Under the pieces are notes generated by a model. That model worked only from the letters and a program-made list of their open reading frames with translations, searched no databases and was not told the DNA's origin. Positions 17,537 through 27,631 of a stretch of DNA of 64,000 nt are shown piece by piece (position 1 is the stretch's first letter; every line of letters starts with the position of its first letter). The position numbers and the translations under genes were made by a program. Source of the DNA: Lachnospiraceae bacterium (GTDB taxonomy: Bacteria > Bacillota > Clostridia > TANB77 > CAG-508); the NCBI GenBank assembly GCA_963621995.1, contig CAVFFZ010000004.1, forward strand, positions 16,876 to 80,875. Direction: 5' to 3'.

Positions 17537-19477
17537 TTACAAATTTATTAAATTATATTTAATATTTTCTTTGTCCAGAATTTCTATTTCTCTATTAGTA
17601 CATGTAAGTATTATTATCTGGTTATTTTCATATTCTTTGCTTATATATGTAAGAATATTTTTTAGTCTTTCTTCATCATAATATGCAAATGCTTCGTCTA
17701 AAATTATTGGCATGCTTTCTTCTGAAAGCTCTTTTATTGCTCCAAATCTTAATGATAAATATAGTTGCTCTATTGTTCCTACACTTAGCTTTTCAACTGA
17801 AATGTATTCTCCATTTTGTTTTTCTACTATTATACCTTCTTCATCATTTATTTTTACTTTTTTGTATTTACCATTAGATATTTTTTCTATGTTTTTAGAT
17901 AAGTTTTCTGTAAATTTTGGAGTAACATTTTCTTTCATTTTGGTATATGCTATTTCTAAAACTTCTTTTGCAAGTTCAATTGCAGTATTTTGCTTATTAA
18001 GAATTGTTTCTTTCTCATTTAGTTCTTGTAATTGTTCTTCCATATTTGCCAATCTTTCAAGTTTTGGCATTATATTGTTTTTGTCTAGTTCTAGTGAATG
18101 TAGTTCTAATTTATTTTTATTTAGTTCTTCTTGCATGTTTTCTATTTTGTATGAAATATCAAATTCTGTATTTCCTAATTGATATTCTTCTTTTAATTTA
18201 TTTAATTTTTCTTGTATATTAGTTTTAATTTCTTGTTTTTGTTTTTCTATTTCTGCAATTTTTTCTTCTTTAGATCTATTTAGCATTTCTATTTGTGCTT
18301 GCATTTTGTCCATTTCGTTTTTAGCTAATTGTAATCTTTCTCTTATTTTTATTTGTTGTTCGCTTTCTTCTTTTGGGGATTCATTATCTTTCTTTTTATT
18401 TATTAAAAGTTCTCTTAATGTTATAAGACTTACTACTCCTATTGCAAATGCCATTACTGATACTAAAGTATTTTTTATAAATATAATTCCTATAATAATT
18501 GATATTACAAATAAAATGACTGCTCCGATTTTTCTTAACCTGGTTGTTTGCTTATTCTCTTTTTCTTGTTTTTCTGCTTTTTCATTTATAATGTTCGTTA
18601 TCTCTTTGTATTTTGTTTCTATTCCATCTTTTTCTGCTCTTATATTTTCTATTTTTTCTTCATATGTTTTTACTAAATCCTGATTTAATACTAATTTTTG
18701 TTCTTCGAGTTTTTTATCTTCATATATTTTATTTACTTGTTTTAGTACTTCTATTTTTTTTTCGTTTTCTTGTATTTTTATCTCTAAATTGTTTTTATTT
18801 TCTTCTATTGTATACCTTTCCTCTTTATATTCTTCTAGTTCTCCAATTTCATCTTGAAGATTAAATTGCTCTTCCTTAACAATGTTCATTGGTCTTCCCG
18901 TTGTCCTTAATGTTCCTATTTCCTCTATTTGCCTTTTATTTAATTTTTCTAATGCCTTTTTGTATGAAACATTATCTTCTCCTGTACCTGCGAAGTTTGC
19001 TAATTTTTGGACTAATATATTTTGTTCTTGTTTTTCTAATTTTACTTCTGTTTGACAAGATACAAATGTAGATAAAAATGTTTCTTCTTCTATTTTTGTT
19101 TGCTCTACAAAAAATTTACTTCCATTTGTTTTGTCTATTGTAAACTCTTTTGAGATGTCTTCTCCCACCTCATTGTATATTTTAGGATTCTTTTTGTTAA
19201 AATCTCTAAATACTTCATATTTTTTCCCATCATCTAATGTATATGTTATTTTTCCAGAAAACTCTTCCGTATTCCATGGTTTGTACCTATCGTAATCCGA
19301 AAATTCTTTTCCCCTTTTATTTCTGGATATTCCATAAAACATATCCACAATAAATTTAAGAAATGTGGATTTTCCACTTTCATTATTGCCTTTTATTATG
19401 TTTATATTTTCGCTTAAATCTATTTGTTTGTTTTCTAGATTTCCAAAAGCATTTATTTGAGTATTTTTTATTTTCAA
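17537..19477 (-). CDS. SbcC/YhaN-like AAA ATPase with coiled coil and internal TM segments
   Basis: N-terminal GNNESGKST P-loop, a long coiled coil, and a C-terminal signature and Walker B region (PIILDEAF). Confidence 0.75.
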   Translation of the reverse strand: MKIKNTQINAFGNLENKQIDLSENINIIKGNNESGKSTFLKFIVDMFYGISRNKRGKEFSDYDRYKPWNTEEFSGKITYTLDDGKKYEVFRDFNKKNPKIYNEVGEDISKEFTIDKTNGSKFFVEQTKIEEETFLSTFVSCQTEVKLEKQEQNILVQKLANFAGTGEDNVSYKKALEKLNKRQIEEIGTLRTTGRPMNIVKEEQFNLQDEIGELEEYKEERYTIEENKNNLEIKIQENEKKIEVLKQVNKIYEDKKLEEQKLVLNQDLVKTYEEKIENIRAEKDGIETKYKEITNIINEKAEKQEKENKQTTRLRKIGAVILFVISIIIGIIFIKNTLVSVMAFAIGVVSLITLRELLINKKKDNESPKEESEQQIKIRERLQLAKNEMDKMQAQIEMLNRSKEEKIAEIEKQKQEIKTNIQEKLNKLKEEYQLGNTEFDISYKIENMQEELNKNKLELHSLELDKNNIMPKLERLANMEEQLQELNEKETILNKQNTAIELAKEVLEIAYTKMKENVTPKFTENLSKNIEKISNGKYKKVKINDEEGIIVEKQNGEYISVEKLSVGTIEQLYLSLRFGAIKELSEESMPIILDEAFAYYDEERLKNILTYISKEYENNQIIILTCTNREIEILDKENIKYNLINL

Positions 19478-19492
19478 AATATCACCTCTTGT

Positions 19493-20563
19493 TTATGATA
19501 AAGAATTAATTCCTATTTCTATAGCTTTTTCTATAGTTCCTTTATCTATATTTTCATCTTTTAATTTTTCCAACATTTCTTTAGCAAATATTCCTTTTAA
19601 TGTGCTATCATTTGCTATTTCTTCTAAATTATAGCTAATCCTTGTTTTATCTTTAATTTTTATAATATTTTCAATTTCTATTAACTTATAAAGTTTATAA
19701 ACATTTATTTCAAAATTTCTATTTCCTATTAATATAATTTTGTATAAATTATTCTGCTCTAATTCTAATTCATTTATTTTTTCCGCTAGTTCTTCTATTG
19801 TTTGAATCTCACTAATATTTAATTCTTGTTCCTTAAATTCTTTCTCGTCTAATGTAATGAATTCTAGATTTAAATTTCCTTTTTCTAAATTTCCTACTAC
19901 CATTCCGTGTTTTCCTAATTCGTCAAAACCTAGGGAAATAGTAGAACCAGGATATACTATATTGTTTTTTTCTTCCACATTCTTTTTATGAATATGGCCT
20001 ATTGCAACATAGTCAAAACCTATTTTTTGTAATTTTTTTGAAGATAAATTGTTATATTCTTTTTCTAATTTATCACTTCCATCTAAATTGCAGTGTGTTA
20101 ATAATATGTTTATTTTTTCTCTGTTTTCTAATTTGATGTTTTCTATGTTTGAGTTATTACAATAAAAATCTTCAAACCCATATCCATATAAAATGAAGTC
20201 TTCGTTTTCCACTTTTTCTACATTTGCTGTGAATATTTTTACATTTTCATTCCAATTATATTTTGCATAATATGAGTTCTTTAAGTATGGGTCGTGATTA
20301 CCTGGAGCAATATAAATTTTAGTATTTGGTATCTGTTTAAAGCAATCATTTATAAAACTTATTGTGCTTTCTCTTATGTATTCATTATCATATAAATCCC
20401 CTGCTATAAATAAGTAAGGAATACTATTTTCTTTTATATATTCTATCATCTTTTTGAATGCTTTTCTTTGATCCAACCTCCTTGTTTCTCCTAAGTCTCT
20501 TCTATTGCTAAGCATTTTAAATGGCGTATCAAAATGCATATCTGCTATATGTACAAACTTCAT
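19493..20563 (-). CDS. SbcD/YhaO-like metallophosphoesterase nuclease
   Basis: HIADMHFD, GDLYD, GNHD and GHIH motifs. The ATG at 20563 follows GGAGGAGAATTAT. Confidence 0.8.
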   Translation of the reverse strand: MKFVHIADMHFDTPFKMLSNRRDLGETRRLDQRKAFKKMIEYIKENSIPYLFIAGDLYDNEYIRESTISFINDCFKQIPNTKIYIAPGNHDPYLKNSYYAKYNWNENVKIFTANVEKVENEDFILYGYGFEDFYCNNSNIENIKLENREKINILLTHCNLDGSDKLEKEYNNLSSKKLQKIGFDYVAIGHIHKKNVEEKNNIVYPGSTISLGFDELGKHGMVVGNLEKGNLNLEFITLDEKEFKEQELNISEIQTIEELAEKINELELEQNNLYKIILIGNRNFEINVYKLYKLIEIENIIKIKDKTRISYNLEEIANDSTLKGIFAKEMLEKLKDENIDKGTIEKAIEIGINSLS

Positions 20564-20720
20564 ATAATTCTCCTCCACAATTTCTTTGCTCATTATATCT
20601 ATTAATAATAAAAATGTCAATATATTTTGAACGTTTGTTTTGTCGTTTCTAATGTTTAAATGCTTTTATTTTAATATTTTAAACTTGCTCAAGTAATAAT
20701 CTAGCTTTTAACAACTATCA

Positions 20721-20745
20721 AAAAAATCCGCTATAGCGGATTTTT
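20721..20745. terminator. hairpin AAATCCGC-TATA-GCGGATTT
   Basis: Immediately downstream of the coupling-protein gene. Confidence 0.5.
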
Positions 20746-20755
20746 GCTCTTGATT

Positions 20756-22874
20756 TTATTCTTCCATTGGCCCAAATAATTCATCAAATTTTGCTTCTAA
20801 TTCCTTTTGTATATCCTCTGTAAATAGTTGAGGTTTTTTCTCTTTTTTTTCTTCATCACCTTGTGGTAATGTAGAACTATCAAAATCTTTAAAATCAAAC
20901 AAGTCTGAAAGTGTTTCTTGCTTTTTAGGCATTCTTTCTATTTCTATACTTTTTTGTTTTGTTGGAGTCTCATCTATTTCTATGTTATGTAAAATATCTG
21001 ATTTCCCTTCTTTTACACTTTCTTGTATATTTGAAATTTCATTTGGTATATTTTTTTCTTTTTCGTCAATATCTTCAAATAAGTCATCTAATGATTCTAC
21101 TTTTAAATTTTCTACTGCTTTTTTATCTGTTTCTGGGACATATGGATTATATGGATTGTATTTTCTCCATTCTCCCCTTACTCCAGCATCAAAATGATTA
21201 TGGTCTAATTTGTTTTCCTCTAATTCTTTGCACATTTTTTGATGTGCAAAATAATAGTATTTCTTTGCTTTTACTGGTTTTATTCCTTTTTCAAAAATTA
21301 TACATAAGTCATTGTCCATTCTACGAAGTTCATCCGGTGTCATTAATGGTCTTCCTAACATTTGTTCAGAATCGCTGAACCCTTGTTTATGTGCGTGTTT
21401 GTCACGATTTGTTGATTTGCTTTGTCTAAATATTGTTTTTTCTCCCAACGCTTTAGAGAAATATTCTACTGTTTTGTATGAGTTACTTCCTAAAAACACG
21501 TGTGTATCGCAGTTACCAATTATTGTTTCATAGCTTTTTTCGTATATTGCTTCTAATTGATCTAAGTTTTGTAAAATAACACTAAATTGAATTCCTCTAC
21601 TTCTTGATGTTGATATTTTTTTGTCGAAGTCTGGTATTCTACCAATATTGGCAAACTCATCTAGTATAAAGTATACTGGCATTTGAAGTTTGCCCCCATT
21701 TAAGTCTGCATAATTGTATAATTGTTGTATCATTTGAGAGAAGAATATTGTAAGTAAAAAGTCATATGCTGTGTGTGTATCTGATGATATAACATATACA
21801 GCTGTTTTCTTTTTTCCTATATCTTCAAAATTTATTGTATCTGTTGATGTTACTTCTGCTATATCTTTTGAATCAAATTTTCCTAGTTTTGATTGTAATG
21901 AACTTAAAATTGATCCATAAGTTTTTTCTGGTGCTATTTCTATTGATTTGTAATACATTCTTGCTGGATGATCATAAGGTAATTGATTTATTAATTCTGT
22001 AAGTAAGTTACTTCCACCATTTGTGTTTGCTGCTCTTACTAATTCAGAACAACTTGCTAAGTTTTGCTCTTCTTCTGGTCTTGTAGCAATTAGGTAATAA
22101 ATTAATGCTTTTAATAGTATTTCAGCCATGTCCTCCCAATATGGATCTGATTTACTTTCTGAAGCTTGACCTTTTACTACAGTGTTTGCTATTACATCTA
22201 CATCTAACTCACTAGCTACGTGCATTAATGGGTTGTACCCATCACTATTTACTGGATTTACTAAGTTTAATACTTTTATTTCATAGCCATGTTCTTTTAA
22301 GTATCCTGCTGTATCATCATATAATTCACCCTTTGGATCTGTAAATACATATGAACCAAGCATTTGATATGCATTTGGTTTTGAATATGATGCAGATTTA
22401 CCAGATCCAGATCCGTCCAACTATAAGTGTATTTATGTTTCCACGCTTATCTACTGGTAAATAGTTATCTTCCGCCAATATAATTCCTTTATTTTTGCTT
22501 AATATTCTATATTGCTCACCATGTTCACTCCAATCACTAGAACCATGTTCCATATCGTGATATTCACCCTTTGGTTTTGATTTTACAAAACCTATAATAG
22601 AACATATTATAAACAAAATTGTATAATTCATTAAGCAACTTCCAAATGTACTTATGTATTCTGCTGAAAACATTCTTGTTATACTTGAAAAACTTCTAAT
22701 TGCAGGTATTAGCCTATTTACAAAAGTGTCAAGTACAAATACACCTGTTCTTGAAGCATCTTCAATTGCTTCCGCTATAGGCGAAACAAGTACTATAGCT
22801 AAAAATACCCATAGTACTCCTATAATAATTAAAATTTTTTTACTTTGTTTTAATGTTCTTTTAAACTTTTCCAT
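20756..22874 (-). pseudogene. VirD4/TraG-type type IV coupling protein, frameshifted in the Walker A box
   Basis: Two track ORFs (22398..22874 and 20756..22420). The N-part ends LIVG-RIWIW* and the C-part starts DGSGSGKS. Removing one base at 22415 restores LIVGGSGSGKS. Confidence 0.8.
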
Positions 22875-22904
22875 GGCTTTCCACCTTTTCTTTAGTATGA
22901 ATTT

Positions 22905-23156
22905 CTATCTTTCATCTTCTTTTAATAATGTTGATTTTGTTCTTCTTGTTTTTCTATTTTCTAATATTTTTTCTCTTTGTTCTTTGCTAAAATTCATTTC
23001 ATCCATGCTACATGTTACTGCTTTTATTTCCATTGTCTGTTCTAAAAAACTATCTTTTTTCTTTGCTTCTGTTACTTGTATTCCTTTTTCATTTTCTTTT
23101 CCAAATGATATACATACTACATCATAATTTTTTGAATCTCCACTTGTTTGACTCAT
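22905..23156 (-). CDS. hypothetical protein (conjugative-element context)
   Basis: 83 aa with a GGAGG RBS, directly upstream of the coupling-protein gene. Confidence 0.5.
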   Translation of the reverse strand: MSQTSGDSKNYDVVCISFGKENEKGIQVTEAKKKDSFLEQTMEIKAVTCSMDEMNFSKEQREKILENRKTRRTKSTLLKEDER

Positions 23157-23173
23157 TATTAAACATCCTCCTC

Positions 23174-23689
23174 TTAGTCTTTCTTATCTCGTATTTCAAA
23201 AGCGAAATAAGATTTATATGGTTTTAATTTGCATTTACCTTTTACTTCATTTGTTTTCTCATCCATATATAGTACTGGTTTAATTTCTTCTGTTGTTTCT
23301 GGGTCTATAATTGATATTGGTCTCTTTAAATTTGGTGTATATCTAAATTCTTTATATTCTTCTTTATCTGAATATAATGTATCAAACTTGATTGGCATAG
23401 GTTTTTTAGAAATTTTTACTTTATCATCTTCTAAAACTCCTGTATTAACAACTACTTTTTCTTTTCCAAATGATAGGAATAGTAACTGTTCTTCACGATC
23501 TGGCTCATCTATGAAGAATGTTTTTCTTTTTAAATCTCCTTTTATTTCTTCAGTAGATACTAATCTTTCTACTGTGTATTTAGGATATTCTTGTAAATAC
23601 TCTTTCGCTGTTTTGTTTATTCTATATGTTACTGTATTTACTCCTGCTGGATCTGTTATACTAAAGTGTTTTCCTTGTATACTTTCCAT
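23174..23689 (-). CDS. hypothetical protein (conjugative-element context)
   Basis: The ATG at 23689 follows AAAGGGGTG; MESIQGKHFSITDPAG.... No family recognised. Confidence 0.5.
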   Translation of the reverse strand: MESIQGKHFSITDPAGVNTVTYRINKTAKEYLQEYPKYTVERLVSTEEIKGDLKRKTFFIDEPDREEQLLFLSFGKEKVVVNTGVLEDDKVKISKKPMPIKFDTLYSDKEEYKEFRYTPNLKRPISIIDPETTEEIKPVLYMDEKTNEVKGKCKLKPYKSYFAFEIRDKKD

Positions 23690-23833
23690 GTTACACCCCT
23701 TTCTATGAACCAATTTTCCACAGTTTTTCTTTAGTTTGACAACTATACATAATTGTACAACTAAATACATAAAATGTCAATATTTGGCAAAGATACTTTA
23801 TTTTAATATTCTTTTGTATCTTCAACTTTGTAA

Positions 23834-24727
23834 TTATGATATTATTGTTTTGTTTCTTGGTTCAAACTTTGATATATTTTTTAATTTTTCATAAATTTCT
23901 ACTTCTTCTTCTGATGGATTTTTAGGTACCACTATTTTTACTTGTGCTATTAAATCTCCTCTTCCGCCTTTTCCGTCTTTGTAACCTTTTGCTGGTATTT
24001 TTATTTTTTCTCCACTCACTACTCCTTGTGGTACATATATTTTGCTTTCTCCATCTATTGTTTCTATTTGTGCCTTTGTTCCTAAAACTGCTTCCCAAGG
24101 CGTAAGCAATAAATCTGTATATATATCATATCCATGTAATTTGTAAATATTACTGTCTTCTATATTTACTTTTATGAATAGGTCTCCGTTTTTGCCACCA
24201 TTTTGTCCTTGTTTTCCTTGACCTATTAGGCGTATTTTTTCACCATTTCTTATTCCTGCTGGTATTTTTACATCAAATGTTGTCATTTTCCCATTTACTG
24301 TACGTAGAGATATTTTTTTATTTGTTCCATAAAATGCTTGTTTAATTCCTACATCAATTTGTGTTTCTACATTGTCGCCTTTGACAGGGACTTTGGTTTT
24401 TGCTGTTTTTATTTTTTCTACTTTATTTATTCCAAATAATAAACTCCATAAGTCTGTTCTTGTTTCTCTTTCTTCTCTGTCTTTTTGTTTATCAATTTTC
24501 TTTCCCACATTAGAATACCAAATTCTATCATATTTTCTTTTTGATGCATTATTAGACAACACTCTATATGCTTCGTTTATGTCTTTAAATCTTTCTTCTG
24601 CTTCTTTTCCATCATTTACATCTGGATGATATTTTTTTGCTTGATTGTGAAAAGCTGTTTTTATTTCGTCTATATTTACTTTATTGTTTTCTAACCCTAA
24701 TATTTTATAATAATCTTTGAAAATCAT
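23834..24727 (-). CDS. J-domain protein (CbpA-like: DnaJ N- and C-terminal domains, no zinc finger)
   Basis: DYYKILGL...YHPD J-domain and a DnaJ_C-like beta-rich C-terminal region, 297 aa. Confidence 0.75.
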   Translation of the reverse strand: MIFKDYYKILGLENNKVNIDEIKTAFHNQAKKYHPDVNDGKEAEERFKDINEAYRVLSNNASKRKYDRIWYSNVGKKIDKQKDREERETRTDLWSLLFGINKVEKIKTAKTKVPVKGDNVETQIDVGIKQAFYGTNKKISLRTVNGKMTTFDVKIPAGIRNGEKIRLIGQGKQGQNGGKNGDLFIKVNIEDSNIYKLHGYDIYTDLLLTPWEAVLGTKAQIETIDGESKIYVPQGVVSGEKIKIPAKGYKDGKGGRGDLIAQVKIVVPKNPSEEEVEIYEKLKNISKFEPRNKTIIS

Positions 24728-24933
24728 TTAACATCCTCCCATTATCAATGGTGGATTTATTATATCAAGTTTAGTCTATTTTTTCAATAGTTTCTCTTGT
24801 AAATTTTAGGGAATTCAAAATTTAATTAAACCTATTGACGTAATAAAAATTTATTAGTAAAATTATAAAAAGCACTCCTTATTGACATTTTATGTGTCTA
24901 AAAGGAGTGTTCTTTTTGAATTAATTTTAATAT

Positions 24934-25986
24934 TTACTTTTCCATTGCTAATGCTATTATATTATCTAATAAATCTGAATATTTTATTCCTACTGCTTCA
25001 AATAACTTTGGATACATGCTAATTGCAGTAAATCCCGGTAATGTATTTATTTCGTTAATTATTATCTTATTTGTTCCTTTTTCTACAAAGAAATCTACTC
25101 TTGAAAGTCCTGAACCACTTACTGCCTTAAATGCTTTTATTGCTTGTTTTCTAATCTCTTTAGATATATTTTCTTCAATATTTGCAGGAATTATTGTTCT
25201 TGATTCGCTATTTTTATATTTTGAATCAAAGCTATAAAATTCTTCTGCAGATAAAACTTCTCCTACGCATGATACTACAACATCTTCGTTTCCTAGTACT
25301 GCGCATTCTATTTCTCTTCCTATTATTCCTTGTTCTACCAATATTTTGTTATCATATTTACCTGCATAAACTATTGCTTCTTCTAGTTCCTTTTTATTTT
25401 TTACTTTTCGTATTCCTACAGAAGACCCTGAATTAGAGGGTTTTACAAACATTGGATATTCTAACTTTTCTTCTGTTTTTTTACTTACTTCTTCTAATGT
25501 ACAAATACTTTCTTCAAAATTTTCTTCTATATATCTAAATTTTTCTTTATCTTTTCTTATATATACATATTTTGCTTGGTTTAATCCTGCTTTTTCAAAT
25601 ATTATTTTTGCATAAACTTTATCCATGCAAACACTTGAAGCTAATACTTTGCATCCAACATATGGAACTTTTAAAAGTTCAAATAAACCTTGTATTGTTC
25701 CGTCTTCTCCATATAATCCATGAAGTACTGGGAAAATGCAATCCATTTGTTTTAAATAGTTCATTGGATCATCAAGCTTTTCTATTTCGTCTAATTTATC
25801 TCCAACTTCTATTGTTCCTATTTCTTCTATTTTTTTAGTGTATTTATACCATTTTCCTTCTTCATCTATGTATATTGGATATATGTCATATTTATCTTGT
25901 TTTAAATTTTTAATAATGGATGTTCCTGAAACAATTGATACATCATGTTCAGTAGACATTCCTCCAAATATAACTGCTAATTTCAT
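24934..25986 (-). CDS. ddl: D-alanine--D-alanine ligase
   Basis: 350 aa. GGMSTEHDVS, VLHGLYGEDGTIQG, and an ATP-grasp C-terminal EINTLPGFT. Confidence 0.9.
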   Translation of the reverse strand: MKLAVIFGGMSTEHDVSIVSGTSIIKNLKQDKYDIYPIYIDEEGKWYKYTKKIEEIGTIEVGDKLDEIEKLDDPMNYLKQMDCIFPVLHGLYGEDGTIQGLFELLKVPYVGCKVLASSVCMDKVYAKIIFEKAGLNQAKYVYIRKDKEKFRYIEENFEESICTLEEVSKKTEEKLEYPMFVKPSNSGSSVGIRKVKNKKELEEAIVYAGKYDNKILVEQGIIGREIECAVLGNEDVVVSCVGEVLSAEEFYSFDSKYKNSESRTIIPANIEENISKEIRKQAIKAFKAVSGSGLSRVDFFVEKGTNKIIINEINTLPGFTAISMYPKLFEAVGIKYSDLLDNIIALAMEK

Positions 25987-26061
25987 ACTTTTACCTCCAT
26001 ATTAATTTTTTCTAATTAACATTGTCTAAAACTGAGAATCTGTTACAATCAAGGATTGTCC

Positions 26062-27456
26062 CTAATTATGAATTTTTTCTATTATTTCTCCAAATTTCAT
26101 TCCATTTGATGCTTTAAATAGAATGCAATCATTTTCTTTTTTTATTTTATTTAATATATCTGTCGCTTCTTCGTTTGATTCACATTCTATTACATTTTCT
26201 TTGTTCATTTCTGTTTTAGCTATATTTGCAATATATTCTGCTTCTTTGCCTACTACTATTAATATATCAATTTTATTTTTTATTACTTCTTTTCCTACTT
26301 TTTCATGTAATTCTTTAGAATATTCACCTAATTCTAGCATATCTCCTAATACTGCTATTTTTCTTTTGTTTTCTATTTTTCCTAAATACTCTAAAGCTGC
26401 TTTCATAGAATCATAATTTGCATTATAACAATCATTTATAATTGTTATATTTTCTTCTATTTTTGTGATGTCCATTCTTTTTTTAGTTAATTCAAACCTT
26501 TCTATTCCATTTTTTATTTTTTCTATTGGTATTTCAAAAATACTTCCTACTGCGATTGCACATAAACTATTTAGTACAAAGTGATTTCCTCCTACGGGAA
26601 CATGTATTTTTGTATTTGTACCTTTTAATATATATGTGCTTCCATCTTCTTTTGATTCAATATTTTCTGCTGAAAAATCGCTTTTGTTTTCTATTCCATA
26701 TGTAACTATTTTGTATTTTTCTTTATTCTCTAAATACCATTTATGTAATAAATCATTATCATTATTTATAACTATTGTTCCGTCTTTTTCCATTCCTTCT
26801 AATATTTCTAGTTTTGCTTTTAATATATTCTCTCTTGATCCTAAATTACCAATATGTGCAGTTCCTATATTGGTAATTACACAAACTGTTGGTTTTGCAA
26901 TTTTAGTTAGCGTACTTATTTCACCAAAATGATTCATTCCCATTTCAATAGTTAATGCTTCTTCATTTTTTAATCTGAATATTGTAAGTGGCACACCAAT
27001 ATGGTTATTGTAATTGCCTTCTGTTTTCAATGTGTTGAATTTTTGATTCATTACATTTGCAACTATATCTTTTGTGCTTGTTTTTCCTACGCTACCCGTA
27101 ATTGCTACTACAGGTATATTATACATGGTTCTTTTGTATGTTGCTATTTGTTGTATTGCTTTTATTGTATCTTCTACTATAATAATGAATTTGTCTTTAT
27201 ATTTTTCTTTTTGTTCTTCAGTTATTTGAATATCTTGCAAAATTGCACCTTTAGCTCCTTTTGCAAATGCTTCTTCATAATAGATACTACCATTAATAGT
27301 TTCTCCCTGAATTCCTAAATAGGTATCTCCTTCCTTTGTTTTTCTTGAATCTTTCTCAAAATTTTGACAAAGATATTTCTCATTTCCTATTACTAACTTT
27401 CCATTTGTAACATTTAAAATTTCCCTTACACTTATTTTATGGTCTTCTTTTTCCAT
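26062..27456 (-). CDS. murF: UDP-MurNAc-tripeptide--D-Ala-D-Ala ligase
   Basis: GSVGKTSTK P-loop and Mur ligase architecture, located upstream of ddl. Confidence 0.85.
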   Translation of the reverse strand: MEKEDHKISVREILNVTNGKLVIGNEKYLCQNFEKDSRKTKEGDTYLGIQGETINGSIYYEEAFAKGAKGAILQDIQITEEQKEKYKDKFIIIVEDTIKAIQQIATYKRTMYNIPVVAITGSVGKTSTKDIVANVMNQKFNTLKTEGNYNNHIGVPLTIFRLKNEEALTIEMGMNHFGEISTLTKIAKPTVCVITNIGTAHIGNLGSRENILKAKLEILEGMEKDGTIVINNDNDLLHKWYLENKEKYKIVTYGIENKSDFSAENIESKEDGSTYILKGTNTKIHVPVGGNHFVLNSLCAIAVGSIFEIPIEKIKNGIERFELTKKRMDITKIEENITIINDCYNANYDSMKAALEYLGKIENKRKIAVLGDMLELGEYSKELHEKVGKEVIKNKIDILIVVGKEAEYIANIAKTEMNKENVIECESNEEATDILNKIKKENDCILFKASNGMKFGEIIEKIHN

Positions 27457-27571
27457 AATTTTCTTTTCCTCCGTTTATATTTTTATGTTTAGGAGATTAA
27501 ATATATTTATATTTTAATCTTTTATATTATATGTCAATTGTTTTTTATTTGCAATATGAAAATGACGTAAA

Positions 27572-27621
27572 GGAAGCGTTGCCTTTTGGTTAATCTTTCA
27601 TGCTCCAAAAGGCGACGTCCC
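27572..27621. terminator. long GC-rich hairpin downstream of ypeB
   Basis: GCGTTGCCTTTTGG-loop-CCAAAAGGCGACG (11/12 bp). It belongs to the GGGACGT..CCTTTTGG motif family also seen at 5052-5135 and 29065-29100. Confidence 0.4.
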
Positions 27622-27631
27622 TAATTGGATA

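Noticed and set aside
22398-22420. Programmed ribosomal frameshifting as an explanation for the split coupling-protein, comM, VanW, methyltransferase and mobV genes.
   Set aside because: No slippery heptamer or downstream structure is present. Two breaks fall inside Walker A boxes. All share the same single-base context, which points to an error or mutation rather than recoding.
20756-24727. An intact integrative conjugative element between the yhaO-like gene and ddl.
   Set aside because: Only a coupling protein and two small ORFs are present. No relaxase, VirB4/VirB6-like genes, integrase or flanking repeats are visible.
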